Shown piece by piece: positions 8,691 to 18,451 of a DNA stretch of 32,504 bases (its first letter is position 1; each line of letters starts with the position of its first letter). The position numbers and the translations under genes are program-made. Source of the stretch: Pirellulales bacterium (lineage in GTDB: Bacteria; Planctomycetota; Planctomycetia; Pirellulales; UBA1268); the NCBI GenBank assembly GCA_040397635.1, contig JBBAVO010000006.1, positions 1 through 32,504 of the forward strand, written 5' to 3'. The notes below the pieces were generated by a model. It had not been told where the DNA came from and ran no database searches. It saw only the letters and a program-made list of their open reading frames with translations.

Positions 8691-9526
8691 AGCCAGATCT
8701 GCAGCCGGCCGTCGAGCATGTCAGGGATCTTCTTGCCGAGAATCCTGCGAATGCGATCGTCGGTGTAGCGGGTCGAGAAGTGGGTGGCGATCACCACCTC
8801 GTTGTGAAATCGCTCCCGCCGGGCGAGGAGGTCGTCGAGGTGCATATGACCGAACTTGTGGATCTTTTCCTTGCGGTGGCTGTGGGCCACGAAGGTCAGT
8901 TCCGTGATCAGGATCATCGCCTCGTACATGGCCGGGCAGCGGTCGAGCCCTTCAGGCGAACTGTCGCCGAGGTAGGCCACCAGCGGCGTTCGCACCTCGT
9001 GGGTCACGTCGATGCCGGAGAGCCGCAGGTCGCGGATCTTCTCGCCGGGGAGTCCGTGGTATTCGTGCTTGAGCTTGCGGCGGCGTTCCCAGACGACGTA
9101 GCCCACGCTCGGGATCGTGTGGGTCGTGCCGGAGACAGTGACGACGTGCTCACGCGAGAGTTCGATCTCGTCGCCGGGCCGTGCGGGCAGGAGCGTGCAG
9201 GGCAGCCGGCCGCGGTCGAGGCGGGAAATGGCCTTGAGCAGTTTCTCGATCGGCTCGATCGCCGTCTCGGGCAGATAGATGGTGGGGGGCTCCATCTTCA
9301 TCATCCGCCGACGGGCGACGTAGACAGGCAACGCCGCGATGTGGTCGAGATGGGTGTGGGTGATGAACCACGTGCTCGTGGCCATGAAGTTCCATGGCTG
9401 CCCGCCCAGGTCGAAGCCCAGCTTCAGTTCGGGGATCCGCCAATAGCTCTGAACGGCCGCACGTGAATAACCCTCTACGGTGAGCCCCTTGTGGACGAAG
9501 CTGCGAACCGGTGCGTTTTCGATCAT
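8687..9526 (-). CDS. MBL-fold metallo-hydrolase, short RNase Z-like
   Basis: HTHLDH motif, [27 protein letters not shown]. Confidence 0.85.
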   Translation of the reverse strand: MIENAPVRSFVHKGLTVEGYSRAAVQSYWRIPELKLGFDLGGQPWNFMATSTWFITHTHLDHIAALPVYVARRRMMKMEPPTIYLPETAIEPIEKLLKAISRLDRGRLPCTLLPARPGDEIELSREHVVTVSGTTHTIPSVGYVVWERRRKLKHEYHGLPGEKIRDLRLSGIDVTHEVRTPLVAYLGDSSPEGLDRCPAMYEAMILITELTFVAHSHRKEKIHKFGHMHLDDLLARRERFHNEVVIATHFSTRYTDDRIRRILGKKIPDMLDGRLQIWL

Positions 9527-10275
9527 GCGGTCTCTCTGGGCTGGTCGGGCCGGGGTTGGTCGGGCCTGGCCGGCTCGAGCCAGATGTCGTCGAAGATCTT
9601 GCCCTGCCGCGTGTGCAGTCTGCCGCGGCGCACCAGTTCCAGCACTGCCAGAAAGATACCCACGATTCGCGTTCGCGGCATGTCTGCGTCGAAGAGTTCC
9701 GAGAAAGAGACCCGTCCCTTTTCCGCCACGAGCGTTTCAACCCGTTCGATGTGCACCTCGATCGGCGTGTCGTCCTGAACGATCTGGCGGGGCCGTCGTT
9801 TCTCCCGCTTTCGCATCACCCTCGCCAGTGCCCCGACGAGGTCCCAGACGTGGACGTCGCCGATCGTGACCTCGGCCGGCCCGCTCCGCGGTCCGGTGTC
9901 GTCGGCAGCGACTCGGGGAAATCGCAGTTCCCATTCCCGGGCCCGGTCTTCAAGCAGGACGGCCGCGTCGCGGTATTGCTTGTACTCGAGCAACCGGCTG
10001 ACGAGTTCTTCGCGGACGGGTTCGACCGGATCCTCCGTCTCCTCGGGCCGCGGTACCAGTTCCCGAGCCTTGATCTCCAGGAGCAGGCTGGCCAGGTCGA
10101 CGAATTCGCCCACCTGGTCGATGGCAAGATCCTCGAGCACGTCGAGGTAGGCAACGAACTCCTCGGCTATCTTCGCGATCGGCACCTGCGTGATGTCTAC
10201 CTCGTGCCGCTTGACGAGGTAGAGCAGCAGGTCCATCGGCCCGGCGAACACATCGAGGGCGATCTTGAATTCCAA
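9523..10275 (-). CDS. scpA: Segregation and condensation protein A (kleisin)
   Basis: [41 protein letters not shown]. Probable TTG start at 10275; the ORF-track extension to 10839 overlaps rplM antisense. Confidence 0.9.
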   Translation of the reverse strand: MEFKIALDVFAGPMDLLLYLVKRHEVDITQVPIAKIAEEFVAYLDVLEDLAIDQVGEFVDLASLLLEIKARELVPRPEETEDPVEPVREELVSRLLEYKQYRDAAVLLEDRAREWELRFPRVAADDTGPRSGPAEVTIGDVHVWDLVGALARVMRKREKRRPRQIVQDDTPIEVHIERVETLVAEKGRVSFSELFDADMPRTRIVGIFLAVLELVRRGRLHTRQGKIFDDIWLEPARPDQPRPDQPRETA

Positions 10276-10569
10276 GCAGTGGCCTCGCGCCGTGTCGGGG
10301 GTGGCCAGGTCCTCTTTTTTCGGCCGAACCCCTGCAGTGTGGAGGGAAATTCGGAGTCTGACAACACGATTCCGCCCCCCCTTGCTGCCCCATTCCCCGG
10401 CTGATACCATCCGGGACTCCGAAACACGGCGTTTTTCGCCGTCCAGAGGCACACGACACGGTGCAACGATCCAACCGGATCTGTTGCAAAATTGGCACAA
10501 GTCAGTTGGCACGAGTCGTCGGATTCTGGTCGACGGATCCAGACGATATATCAACGAGACGGAATCACG

Positions 10570-11019
10570 ATGAAGACGTTCATGGCAAAGGTTGGTGAGG
10601 TGGAGCAGCGGTGGTGGCTGGTCGATGCCAGCGACAAGGTGGTCGGCCGCCTGTCCAGCGACATCGCGACGGTGCTGATGGGCAAGCATCGCCCGACCTA
10701 CACGCCCCATGTCGATACCGGCGACTACGTCGTGGTCATCAATGCCGAAAAGGTGCAGTTCACCGGCAAGAAGTGGCAGCAGAAGCTCTACCGCTGGTAC
10801 ACCGGCTACCAGGGGCTGAAGAGCGAAACGGCCGAGCACCGTCGGGATCGGCGGCCTGAACTGATCGTCGAGGAGGCCGTGCGAAGGATGCTCCCCAAGT
10901 CACGTCTGGGCCGGGTCATGCTCGACAAACTGAAGGTGTATGCCGGTTCGGAGCATCCCCATCAGGCCCAAAACCCTCAAGTGATGAAACTCGGAAACCG
11001 GGACATTGGGGTGGCATAG
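10570..11019 (+). CDS. rplM: 50S ribosomal protein L13
   Basis: WWLVDA..KVVGRL, GKHRPTYTPHVDTGDYVVVINAEKV, AVRRMLPK, HPHQAQNP. Confidence 0.98.
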   Translation: MKTFMAKVGEVEQRWWLVDASDKVVGRLSSDIATVLMGKHRPTYTPHVDTGDYVVVINAEKVQFTGKKWQQKLYRWYTGYQGLKSETAEHRRDRRPELIVEEAVRRMLPKSRLGRVMLDKLKVYAGSEHPHQAQNPQVMKLGNRDIGVA

Positions 11020-11130
11020 GCCAGTTCTCACGCCAGATCACCAACGCACTGCCGGGGCTTTCCGGCGTAAAACCCGCAACACGTCCAAACCAGCGCAGTC
11101 AGTAGCAGCGCAGACATTGAACCGAGGAAC

Positions 11131-11553
11131 ATGATGGCCGTCGAAACGAGCAAGAAAAGCGGATCCGAGACTCACGTTATCGCCACCGGACGCCGGAAAA
11201 CGGCTGTTGCTCGCGTGCGGCTGCGTGCCGGATCTGGAGACATCACGGTGAATGGCCGGGCCATCGACGTGTATTTCCCGTCGATCAAGGATCGCGTGCT
11301 GGTCTCTGGTGCCCTCGAGCAGTTGGGCAAGGCGTCCTCCGTGAATGTCGATATCACGGTCAATGGCGGCGGTTCGAACGGCCAGGCCGGAGCCTGCCGG
11401 CTGGGCATCGCCCGTGCACTCAAGACCTTCGACGCAGAGCTCGAAGAGGCGCTTCGGCACAGCGGGATGCTCACCCGCGACGGCCGCATGAAGGAGCGGA
11501 AGAAGTACGGACTCCGCGGTGCACGTCGCGGCACGCAGTTCTCCAAGCGGTAG
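11131..11553 (+). CDS. rpsI: 30S ribosomal protein S9
   Basis: ATGRRKTAVARV, GGGSNGQAGA, ERKKYGLRGARRGTQFSKR; GAGGA Shine-Dalgarno upstream. Confidence 0.98.
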   Translation: MMAVETSKKSGSETHVIATGRRKTAVARVRLRAGSGDITVNGRAIDVYFPSIKDRVLVSGALEQLGKASSVNVDITVNGGGSNGQAGACRLGIARALKTFDAELEEALRHSGMLTRDGRMKERKKYGLRGARRGTQFSKR

Positions 11554-11764
11554 TTTCTCCGGCTTTTTCCCGGGCAATCGATACGACCGGCACGACCGTG
11601 TCGAGTGGGAATTATTTGGCCTGCCCGGCGATTTCTCCCGCCCAAAACCGCAGGGCATACTGGTGAGGTGATTCGTGCCCGGTCGGCTCTGTTCTCTGGA
11701 GCGAGGCCGGCCGCGGACCAAGAGCCCCTGGTCCATTTCCTTCCTCCGGTTGCATGAGGCAGTC

Positions 11765-12613
11765 ATGTCGCGCGTCGCCAGCATCCTGTTCGGCGGGTTC
11801 CTCGCCTGTGGTTTGATGGTATTTGCCAACAGTCAGGCCTGTGCGGCCGATTCGGCCAGTGCCACATCGGCCTCTGCTTCCCCGTCGGGCATGCCCGATC
11901 TGTTCGAGGCAGAGGAGCGGCAACTCGTCAGCGTCAAGTACATCCCCAACGATGCAAAATCTGCCCAGATCATCGTGACCAATCGCACGCGTCGTCCGTT
12001 GACGTTGCGGCTTCCGGCTACTTTCGCCGGCGTTCCGGTGTTAGCCCAGATGGGTGGCATGGGCGGCATGGGTGGCGGGAACCAGGGCGGTTTCGCCGCT
12101 GGCGGCATCGGCGGCGGGCCCCAGACAACCGGCGGCGGAGGCGGCGGCATGGGCGGACAGGGCATGAACGGCATGGGCGGCGGCGGCATGGGCATGGGGG
12201 GCGGCGGTGCCTTCTCCATTCCTCCCGAGCGGTCGCGGACGTTCCGTGTGCCCACGGTCTGCCTGGAATACGGAAAGCGTGAGCCGTCCAGCCGGATGCC
12301 CTACAAGCTCAGCCGGACCGAGACCTTCTCCAGCGACCCGAAACTCGCCGTCGTGCTCGAGAGCCTGGGCCGCGGCGAACTTCCGCAGAAGGTTGCTCAG
12401 GCGGCAGCCTGGCACATCGCGAACGGTCTCACCTGGGAGAAGTTGGCGGCCGAGAAGATCGACCACGCCGGAGGCACCCCCGACGAGCCCTACTTTTCTC
12501 AGGCGGAACTCGTCGCGGCCCATCGCGTGGTGGCCGTGGCGACAGAGCAGGCCCAGCGTCGGCAGCCCACCGGAACGAGCGAAGCGACAACGAAGGACTC
12601 GCTGGCTCAGTAG
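11765..12613 (+). CDS. Secreted hypothetical protein with Gly/Met-rich low-complexity insert
   Basis: Signal peptide from MSRVASIL (GAGG upstream); GGM repeats at ~12050-12210; C-terminal domain with CLEYGKREP and AQAAAW. Confidence 0.75.
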   Translation: MSRVASILFGGFLACGLMVFANSQACAADSASATSASASPSGMPDLFEAEERQLVSVKYIPNDAKSAQIIVTNRTRRPLTLRLPATFAGVPVLAQMGGMGGMGGGNQGGFAAGGIGGGPQTTGGGGGGMGGQGMNGMGGGGMGMGGGGAFSIPPERSRTFRVPTVCLEYGKREPSSRMPYKLSRTETFSSDPKLAVVLESLGRGELPQKVAQAAAWHIANGLTWEKLAAEKIDHAGGTPDEPYFSQAELVAAHRVVAVATEQAQRRQPTGTSEATTKDSLAQ

Positions 12614-13677
12614 TCGCCCGCGATGATTTCACCGCCGGCCCGCGTTGACAATGCCTTCCACAGGCCGGCGTCAATGCTGTTGGCGATGGTGCGAACACTG
12701 CCGTCCATGAAAGCCGAGGACACGAGGCCAGCGTGATAGCTGCGGGACGTGACCGCGGCGTACGTGGTGCTTGCTGGCGTCCGGCCCTCCCGGCTGCTGC
12801 AGATATCGACGTCGTACTGACGGCCATCAGAGTGCGTGTAGGGCACTCCCGTGTTGGGCGGGAACGCGGTCGTGAAGCCGTTGTGCAACGTGCGGCCGCA
12901 GACCCATTCCGTATGGCCGCTGTCGGTCGAAAAGCTGCCGGATGGCACGAGAGCCGCGGCATCGGCGGCAGAGGCGGGCGGTGTCGCCGTGAGACCGGAA
13001 ATATCTTGAGATCTGGGGGTAAACGCCTTCACCTCCGACATCGCCAGCGTCTTGCTGAGGCCGTCGGAAAAAGCATTCGGACGCAGCTTGGTAAACGGTG
13101 CGAAGGCGGAGCCGCCGTCAGTGTTTGTCGCGGGGTCCCACACCTTGTAGACGCCCGTGCAGAGGCCGTAGGAAAGCGGATAGTGCTGGGCAACGCCGCT
13201 TCCGTCCAGCCGCGGTCTGATGTTGGGATCACTCGCGCACACCAGCAAATCGATTCGCAACGGTGCCACACCGTACTGAGCCATTCCAGGAATGCTGGTG
13301 TTGGCGGGATCGCCGTATGGCTTCGTGAAGTCGATCGTTTTGAACAAGGTGTCGCCTTCGACGTAGGGCAGAATGAGTGCCTGTCCAGACCAAGGGGCGT
13401 TTCCAGACGCGGCAACCGCCTGTCCGGAGGGCGGAAAATAGTTCTTGGCACTTTCGTGGTTGTGCATTGCCATAGCGAGTTGCCGCAGGTTGTTTTGGCA
13501 CGATGACCGCCGGGCAGCTTCCCGAGCCTGTTGCACGGCGGGCAGGAGCAGGCCGACGAGAGTGCCGATGACCGTGATCACGACCAGCAGTTCGACCAGG
13601 GTGAAGCCGACAGGGCGGCCTCTTCGCGAGGGATGCGGGACGTCGCGGTTGACCGGATCAAAAGAGCAGGATTTCAT
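12607..13677 (-). CDS. DUF1559 family protein (prepilin N-terminal methylation plus H-X9-DG)
   Basis: G^[64 protein letters not shown]. Start at 13677 or 13710. Confidence 0.95.
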   Translation of the reverse strand: MKSCSFDPVNRDVPHPSRRGRPVGFTLVELLVVITVIGTLVGLLLPAVQQAREAARRSSCQNNLRQLAMAMHNHESAKNYFPPSGQAVAASGNAPWSGQALILPYVEGDTLFKTIDFTKPYGDPANTSIPGMAQYGVAPLRIDLLVCASDPNIRPRLDGSGVAQHYPLSYGLCTGVYKVWDPATNTDGGSAFAPFTKLRPNAFSDGLSKTLAMSEVKAFTPRSQDISGLTATPPASAADAAALVPSGSFSTDSGHTEWVCGRTLHNGFTTAFPPNTGVPYTHSDGRQYDVDICSSREGRTPASTTYAAVTSRSYHAGLVSSAFMDGSVRTIANSIDAGLWKALSTRAGGEIIAGDY

Positions 13678-13763
13678 CGTGAAGAGACTCCGAAAATCGA
13701 GGGCAACCATCGCATGGCCCGCAAGTGAGGCCTTTCGGCAACGAATAGTCGAACGATCGCGAA

Positions 13764-13782
13764 AATGAGACTCATTCTCAAT
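13764..13782. promoter_or_regulatory. Fur-box-like operator
   Basis: aaTGAGACT-C-ATTCTCAat: a 7-1-7 inverted repeat with one mismatch, resembling TGATAATnATTATCA. Confidence 0.6.
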
Positions 13783-13794
13783 TAGCCTCGATGT

Positions 13795-13822
13795 ATTTTA
13801 GGCACTCATGTCTAGGTGTCAA
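13795..13822 (-). promoter_or_regulatory. Sigma70-type promoter for the DUF1559 gene
   Basis: Minus strand TTGACA (13822-13817), 16-nt spacer, TAAAAT (13800-13795). Confidence 0.7.
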
Positions 13823-14050
13823 CCGACCGCATTGGGTTTGGCCTTGGGCGCCCGACTCTGCAGGGGCGTAGTCTAAGCGCCCGGTCTAGGGGCCCGTTGC
13901 TCCGCGGGCGCGTGGCTCCGCCACGAGTTGCGCCTACCCCCTACACTGTTTTTCCAGAGTCGGTACAACGAGAGTCCGATAGGTTCGGGGTAGCTGGGAA
14001 TCGTTTTTCTTCTTCAGATCCGCAGTCGGATCAAGGAGCACGTTCAAGTC

Positions 14051-15004
14051 ATGCACGCAGTCACGGCATCGGGCGCCACATCGGCACATCGCGGCGAGAG
14101 CGACGTCATCGTCGAGGCGCGGAATCTCTCCAAGACCTATCGCGATTTCTGGGGACGCAGCAAGAAAATCGCCCTCAAACCGCTCGATCTCGAAATTCGG
14201 CGGGGTGAGATCTTTGGCCTGCTCGGCCCCAACGGCTCGGGCAAGACTACGACCATCAAGCTCTTGCTCGGTCTCGTCTTTCCGAGCTCTGGTGAGGCGC
14301 TCGTCTTCGGTCGCGATGCCACCGACGTGTCGAAGAACGAACGCATCGGCTATCTCCCCGAGGAGTCGTATCTCTACAAGTTTCTCGATGCTGAGGAGAC
14401 GCTCGACTTCTACGGACGGCTCTTTGACATGCCGCCAGAAGAGCGAAAGAAACGGGCCGACGCGCTCATCGAGATGGTCGGACTGGGCCGCGACAAGAAG
14501 CGGCAGCTCCGCGAGTATTCCAAGGGCATGACCCGCCGCATCGGCGTGGCTCAGGCGCTCATCAACGATCCCGAACTCGTGGTTCTCGACGAGCCCACCA
14601 GCGGCCTCGACCCAATCGGCACCCGCGAAATGAAAGACCTCATCATCGACCTCAAGCAGCGGGGCAAGACCGTGATCCTCTGCTCGCATCTGCTGGCCGA
14701 CGTGGAGGACGTCTGCGATCGGATTGCGGTGTTGCATCAGGGCGAACTCAAGGAACTTGGCCGGGTCGAAGACCTGCTGCGGGTGACCGACGTCACGCAG
14801 ATCCGTGCCCAGGGCCTCTCTCCGGAGGCTCGGGAGGAGATTCGTGCGGTGCTCGCACGGCACGGCCGTTCGGACGTGGAAATTGGCAATCCGCGAACGA
14901 CGCTGGAGGACCTGTTCCTCGACGTGGTTCGCGACACGCAGGCCCGTCCGGGCCGCCGCGCCCGGCAGGCCGCTGCCGATGGCGCCCAGCAACAGAAGGG
15001 TTGA
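14051..15004 (+). CDS. ABC transporter ATP-binding protein (ABC-2/exporter type)
   Basis: Walker [10 protein letters not shown], signature YSKGM, Walker [14 protein letters not shown]-loop CSH. Confidence 0.95.
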   Translation: MHAVTASGATSAHRGESDVIVEARNLSKTYRDFWGRSKKIALKPLDLEIRRGEIFGLLGPNGSGKTTTIKLLLGLVFPSSGEALVFGRDATDVSKNERIGYLPEESYLYKFLDAEETLDFYGRLFDMPPEERKKRADALIEMVGLGRDKKRQLREYSKGMTRRIGVAQALINDPELVVLDEPTSGLDPIGTREMKDLIIDLKQRGKTVILCSHLLADVEDVCDRIAVLHQGELKELGRVEDLLRVTDVTQIRAQGLSPEAREEIRAVLARHGRSDVEIGNPRTTLEDLFLDVVRDTQARPGRRARQAAADGAQQQKG

Positions 15005-15013
15005 GCAACAGTC

Positions 15014-16828
15014 ATGGTATTGGAAGAGGAAATCCCGAAGTTCGCGGCGTGGTTCGGCCCGGCGCTGTTGTGGTACGTGTTTGCCGCCAGTCTGGTGGCG
15101 GTTTTCGCTGCGGCCCTCGCGTGGTTGACGCAATCGGTGCTGTATGGGCCGCTGGCGGCAGGTGACCGTGTCTACCGGGGTGTGCTGACGGGCCTGGCCG
15201 ACCTGGCGGGCATGTCGCCCCGGCGGATCTGGGCGCTGGCGAGGCTGGCCATCCAGGAATCGCTGCGTCGCAACGTGCTCGTCGCGCTCGCGCTGTTTCT
15301 GCTTATCGTGTTGTTCGCGGGATGGTTCCTCGATCCCAAGAGCGTCAATCCGGGCAAGCTCTATCTCGGCTTCATTCTCGGGGCCACGAACCTGTTGGTC
15401 TGCCTCGTGACGCTCGTGCTCTCCGTCTTCAGCCTGCCGGCCGACATCAAGGCCAAGGCGATTCAGACCGTCACCACCAAGCCCGTCCGCACCGGCGAGA
15501 TCGTGCTGGGACGCATTCTCGGCTTTTCAATCGTCGGGTCGGTGCTGCTGGCGATCATGGGGCTGATCGGTTGGGCGTTTGTCGTGCGGAGCGTGAGCCA
15601 TGGCCACGCCATCGCCGTCGAGGACGTGGTCGAACTGAAAGACGTGGGCGGGACCGTCACCGGGTTCGAGGGCCGGACGAGCCTCGATCGCGGTCATCGT
15701 CACCGGGTCGAACTCGATGCCGCCGGGAACGGCTGGACCGACAACGTGCAGGGCCATCGCCATGCCGTGCGGCGTTCCGGCAACGGATACACCCTCGGGG
15801 CAGCCGAGGGGATGCTCGAAGCCCGGCGTCCATTGCGGGGCACCCTGCGGTTTCTCGATCGCGAGGGCCGGCCCAGCACGAAGGGGATCAGCGTCGGCTC
15901 CGAGTGGACCTATCGGCAATACATCGAGGGCGGCAGTCTCGCCGCCGCGATCTGGAAATTCGAGGGAATCTCGGACCGCGAGTATCCAAACGGCCTGCCG
16001 CTCGAGATGACCGTGCGGGTGTTTCGCACTTACAAGGGCACGATCGAGAAGGGGATCAAGGGCAGCGTGCGGGTCCGCAATCCTGCCAGCGGCCTGCAGA
16101 GCGACCCGTTCTACTTTACCGCCCGGGAATTCACGATCGACTCGTTGCTCATTCCGCGGAAGCTGGCCTCCACGTCCACTGACGGCGGCACCCGCCAGGT
16201 TGACCTGTTTCAGGACATCGTCGCCGACGGCCGTGTCGAGGTGATCCTGCAGTGCCTGGAGCCGGCGCAGTATTACGGCATCGCACAGGCCGACTTCTAC
16301 ATGCGGGCTGGTGACGGCTCGTTTGCCCTCAACTATGCCAAGAGTTGCCTCGGAATCCTGTACTCGATGCTGTTGGTGACGGCGATGGGCGTGATGTTCA
16401 GCACGTTTCTGGGGGGACCCCTGGCCCTGTTCGCCACACTGGCCGTGGTGCTCGTCGGCCAGTTCAGGGAGTTCATCCAGCGGCTGTTCGAGAGCCAGGT
16501 GACGGGCGATTCGACGATCGTTCCCGGCGGCGGTCCGATCGAATCCCTCTACCGGATCGTGACGCAGGAAAGCATCACGGTCGAACTTGCGCCGTCGCCG
16601 GCCGTACAGATCATGAAGACGGTCGATACGTTCCTGCTGGCACCGATGCAGTTGCTGGCGGGAATCTTCCCGTCCCTCAGTTCGCTCGGCACGAGTGATT
16701 TCGTGGCGGGCGGGTTCGACATTCCCTTCGATCTGGTGGCCCAGCACGGCATGGAAACACTCGGGTATCTGCTGGCGTTCTTCATCGCCGGCGCCTTCTG
16801 TCTCAGGGCTCGCGAGGTGGCATCATGA
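15014..16828 (+). CDS. ABC transporter permease with large extracytoplasmic loop
   Basis: Multiple TM segments, motif SLPADIKAKAIQTVTTKPVRTGEIVLGRILG, ~250-aa soluble loop with HxH repeats; directly follows the ATPase. Confidence 0.85.
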   Translation: MVLEEEIPKFAAWFGPALLWYVFAASLVAVFAAALAWLTQSVLYGPLAAGDRVYRGVLTGLADLAGMSPRRIWALARLAIQESLRRNVLVALALFLLIVLFAGWFLDPKSVNPGKLYLGFILGATNLLVCLVTLVLSVFSLPADIKAKAIQTVTTKPVRTGEIVLGRILGFSIVGSVLLAIMGLIGWAFVVRSVSHGHAIAVEDVVELKDVGGTVTGFEGRTSLDRGHRHRVELDAAGNGWTDNVQGHRHAVRRSGNGYTLGAAEGMLEARRPLRGTLRFLDREGRPSTKGISVGSEWTYRQYIEGGSLAAAIWKFEGISDREYPNGLPLEMTVRVFRTYKGTIEKGIKGSVRVRNPASGLQSDPFYFTAREFTIDSLLIPRKLASTSTDGGTRQVDLFQDIVADGRVEVILQCLEPAQYYGIAQADFYMRAGDGSFALNYAKSCLGILYSMLLVTAMGVMFSTFLGGPLALFATLAVVLVGQFREFIQRLFESQVTGDSTIVPGGGPIESLYRIVTQESITVELAPSPAVQIMKTVDTFLLAPMQLLAGIFPSLSSLGTSDFVAGGFDIPFDLVAQHGMETLGYLLAFFIAGAFCLRAREVAS

Positions 16829-18411
16829 CCCAGGCTTCGTCTCCGCAGCACTCTTCCCGCGGCTCGGCAGGCGGCCAGCGGAAGCCCGCTGCCTTGTGGC
16901 TCGGACTGCGGCCCGGCACGCTTCTGGCCCTTGTGGGTATTGCCGTGCTCCTCGTGCCACTCTCGGCCCTGAGCCAGCCGGCAGACTCGGCGAGCAAGGG
17001 TGGCAAACTCGCCAAGCTCCGCGAGCAGTTTGGTCTGTCGCAGGCGAATCTCGGCGAGGTCGATCCAACCAGCGAGGCGATGCGTCTGGCCACGCTGGGC
17101 CTCAAGAACGTCGCCGTGACGCTCCTCTGGGATCGGGCCAATCATTACAAAAAGGTGGAGGACTGGACGAACCTGTCGGCCGTGCTCGAGCAGATGACCA
17201 AACTGCAGCCGAACTTCTATTCCGTCTGGGACTTCCAGGCCCACAACCTCTCCTACAACATCTCGGTGGAGTTCGACGACTACCACGACCGCTATGCCTG
17301 GGTGATGAAGGGCATCGAGTTTCTCCGGCAGGGAATCTCGTACAACCTGCGCGAGCCCCGCCTGCTGGGACGCATGGGCTGGTTCATCGGCCAGAAGGTG
17401 GGCAGGTCGGACGAAAAGAAGCAGTTCCGCCGAATGTTCAAGGCGGACGAGGATTTCCACGAACGCGACCGACCTGGCCGCACGCTGCCAGAACGCGACA
17501 ACTGGCTGGTGGCTCGCGAGAAATACCGGGCAGGACAGCAGATCGTCGATGCCGGGGCGGCTCTCAAGACCACGGCGCTTATCTTTCACAGCGAGCCGAT
17601 GATGACGGCCGTGAACTATGCCAAGGCGCTCGAGGAGGACGGCACCTTCGGCGTTGCCGCCCGCGACGGCTGGAAACTGGCGGGCGATGAGATGCGACGG
17701 TTCTCGGTCCGCGAGATTCCCACGACCTGGGACATACCGATCCGCCTTGGCATGCGTGAGGCCGAACTGACCCGTGCCGACCGCGTGGCAAAGGACATGG
17801 AGGCGCTCCTCCCGGGTCAATTCAAGGCGATGGAAGAGGCGAAGCGGGCCAGCCTCACGCCGGAGCAAAAAGCGGCGCTCGATGTGTCGCCCATGGAACG
17901 GAGCGATGCCCAGACGGCCGCTGCCCAGACGGCGATCCAGAATATGCAGGTAGATTGGCCACAGGTGGTCGCGGAGTCGCCGGCCGACGTTCGCCTGCGT
18001 GCAAAGGAACTGCTCCAGCAGTGGAAGGAGGCCAAGGAGACCGCCGAGATCATCGACCGCTACCGGGAGATCGTCAACTTCGACGTGTGGCGCGCGACCT
18101 GCGAGGCCGAAGTCACGGAGTCGGCAATCAGGGCGCGAGAAGCCACCTGGCGGGCTGACAGAGACTTCGAGAACGCGCGGCTGCAGCCCGCGAAGCAGGC
18201 CTACGAGGAGGCCTTTGCAGCCTGGAGGGAGGTGCTTGATGGTTCCCCCGTGCTGCGGGCGGATTCGATCACGGCCGACGACCTGTGTGAAATCGTTGAC
18301 CGCTATCGCAAAGTCCTCGATCAACTCGATGAACCGTTCCCGAAGTCGTTCATCCTCGAAGACATGCTGAAAATGACCGCCTGGAGGGCGAAGGCAGCGT
18401 CGGGAGAGTGA
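16825..18411 (+). CDS. Membrane-anchored helical hypothetical protein coupled to the ABC transporter
   Basis: ATGA overlap with the permease; one N-terminal TM; helical, TPR-like body (KLQPNFYSVWDFQAHNLSYNISVEFDD). Confidence 0.75.
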   Translation: MTQASSPQHSSRGSAGGQRKPAALWLGLRPGTLLALVGIAVLLVPLSALSQPADSASKGGKLAKLREQFGLSQANLGEVDPTSEAMRLATLGLKNVAVTLLWDRANHYKKVEDWTNLSAVLEQMTKLQPNFYSVWDFQAHNLSYNISVEFDDYHDRYAWVMKGIEFLRQGISYNLREPRLLGRMGWFIGQKVGRSDEKKQFRRMFKADEDFHERDRPGRTLPERDNWLVAREKYRAGQQIVDAGAALKTTALIFHSEPMMTAVNYAKALEEDGTFGVAARDGWKLAGDEMRRFSVREIPTTWDIPIRLGMREAELTRADRVAKDMEALLPGQFKAMEEAKRASLTPEQKAALDVSPMERSDAQTAAAQTAIQNMQVDWPQVVAESPADVRLRAKELLQQWKEAKETAEIIDRYREIVNFDVWRATCEAEVTESAIRAREATWRADRDFENARLQPAKQAYEEAFAAWREVLDGSPVLRADSITADDLCEIVDRYRKVLDQLDEPFPKSFILEDMLKMTAWRAKAASGE

Positions 18412-18451
18412 ATCGTCGGTGCCTGATCCCGATCCGGTCGGCGGCTGACGT

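Noticed and set aside
4232-9526. Anti-phage defence island (PIN nuclease, dGTPase, HIT, MBL nuclease)
   Set aside because: Each gene looks like the standard housekeeping family member, embedded with hemW and scpA, with typical composition and no mobility genes.
10492-10522. Sigma54 promoter from two TGGCAC motifs upstream of rplM; also TGGCAT near 25002
   Set aside because: No TTGC/GC at the required -12 spacing.
10276-10839. N-terminal extension of ScpA in the ORF track (438 aa)
   Set aside because: The extension is antisense to rplM and its promoter region; ScpA similarity begins near 10275.
11020-11130. 111-nt rplM-rpsI spacer as an sRNA or small ORF
   Set aside because: Only a 5-bp hairpin and a short CAGCGCAG duplication; too little structure to support a call.
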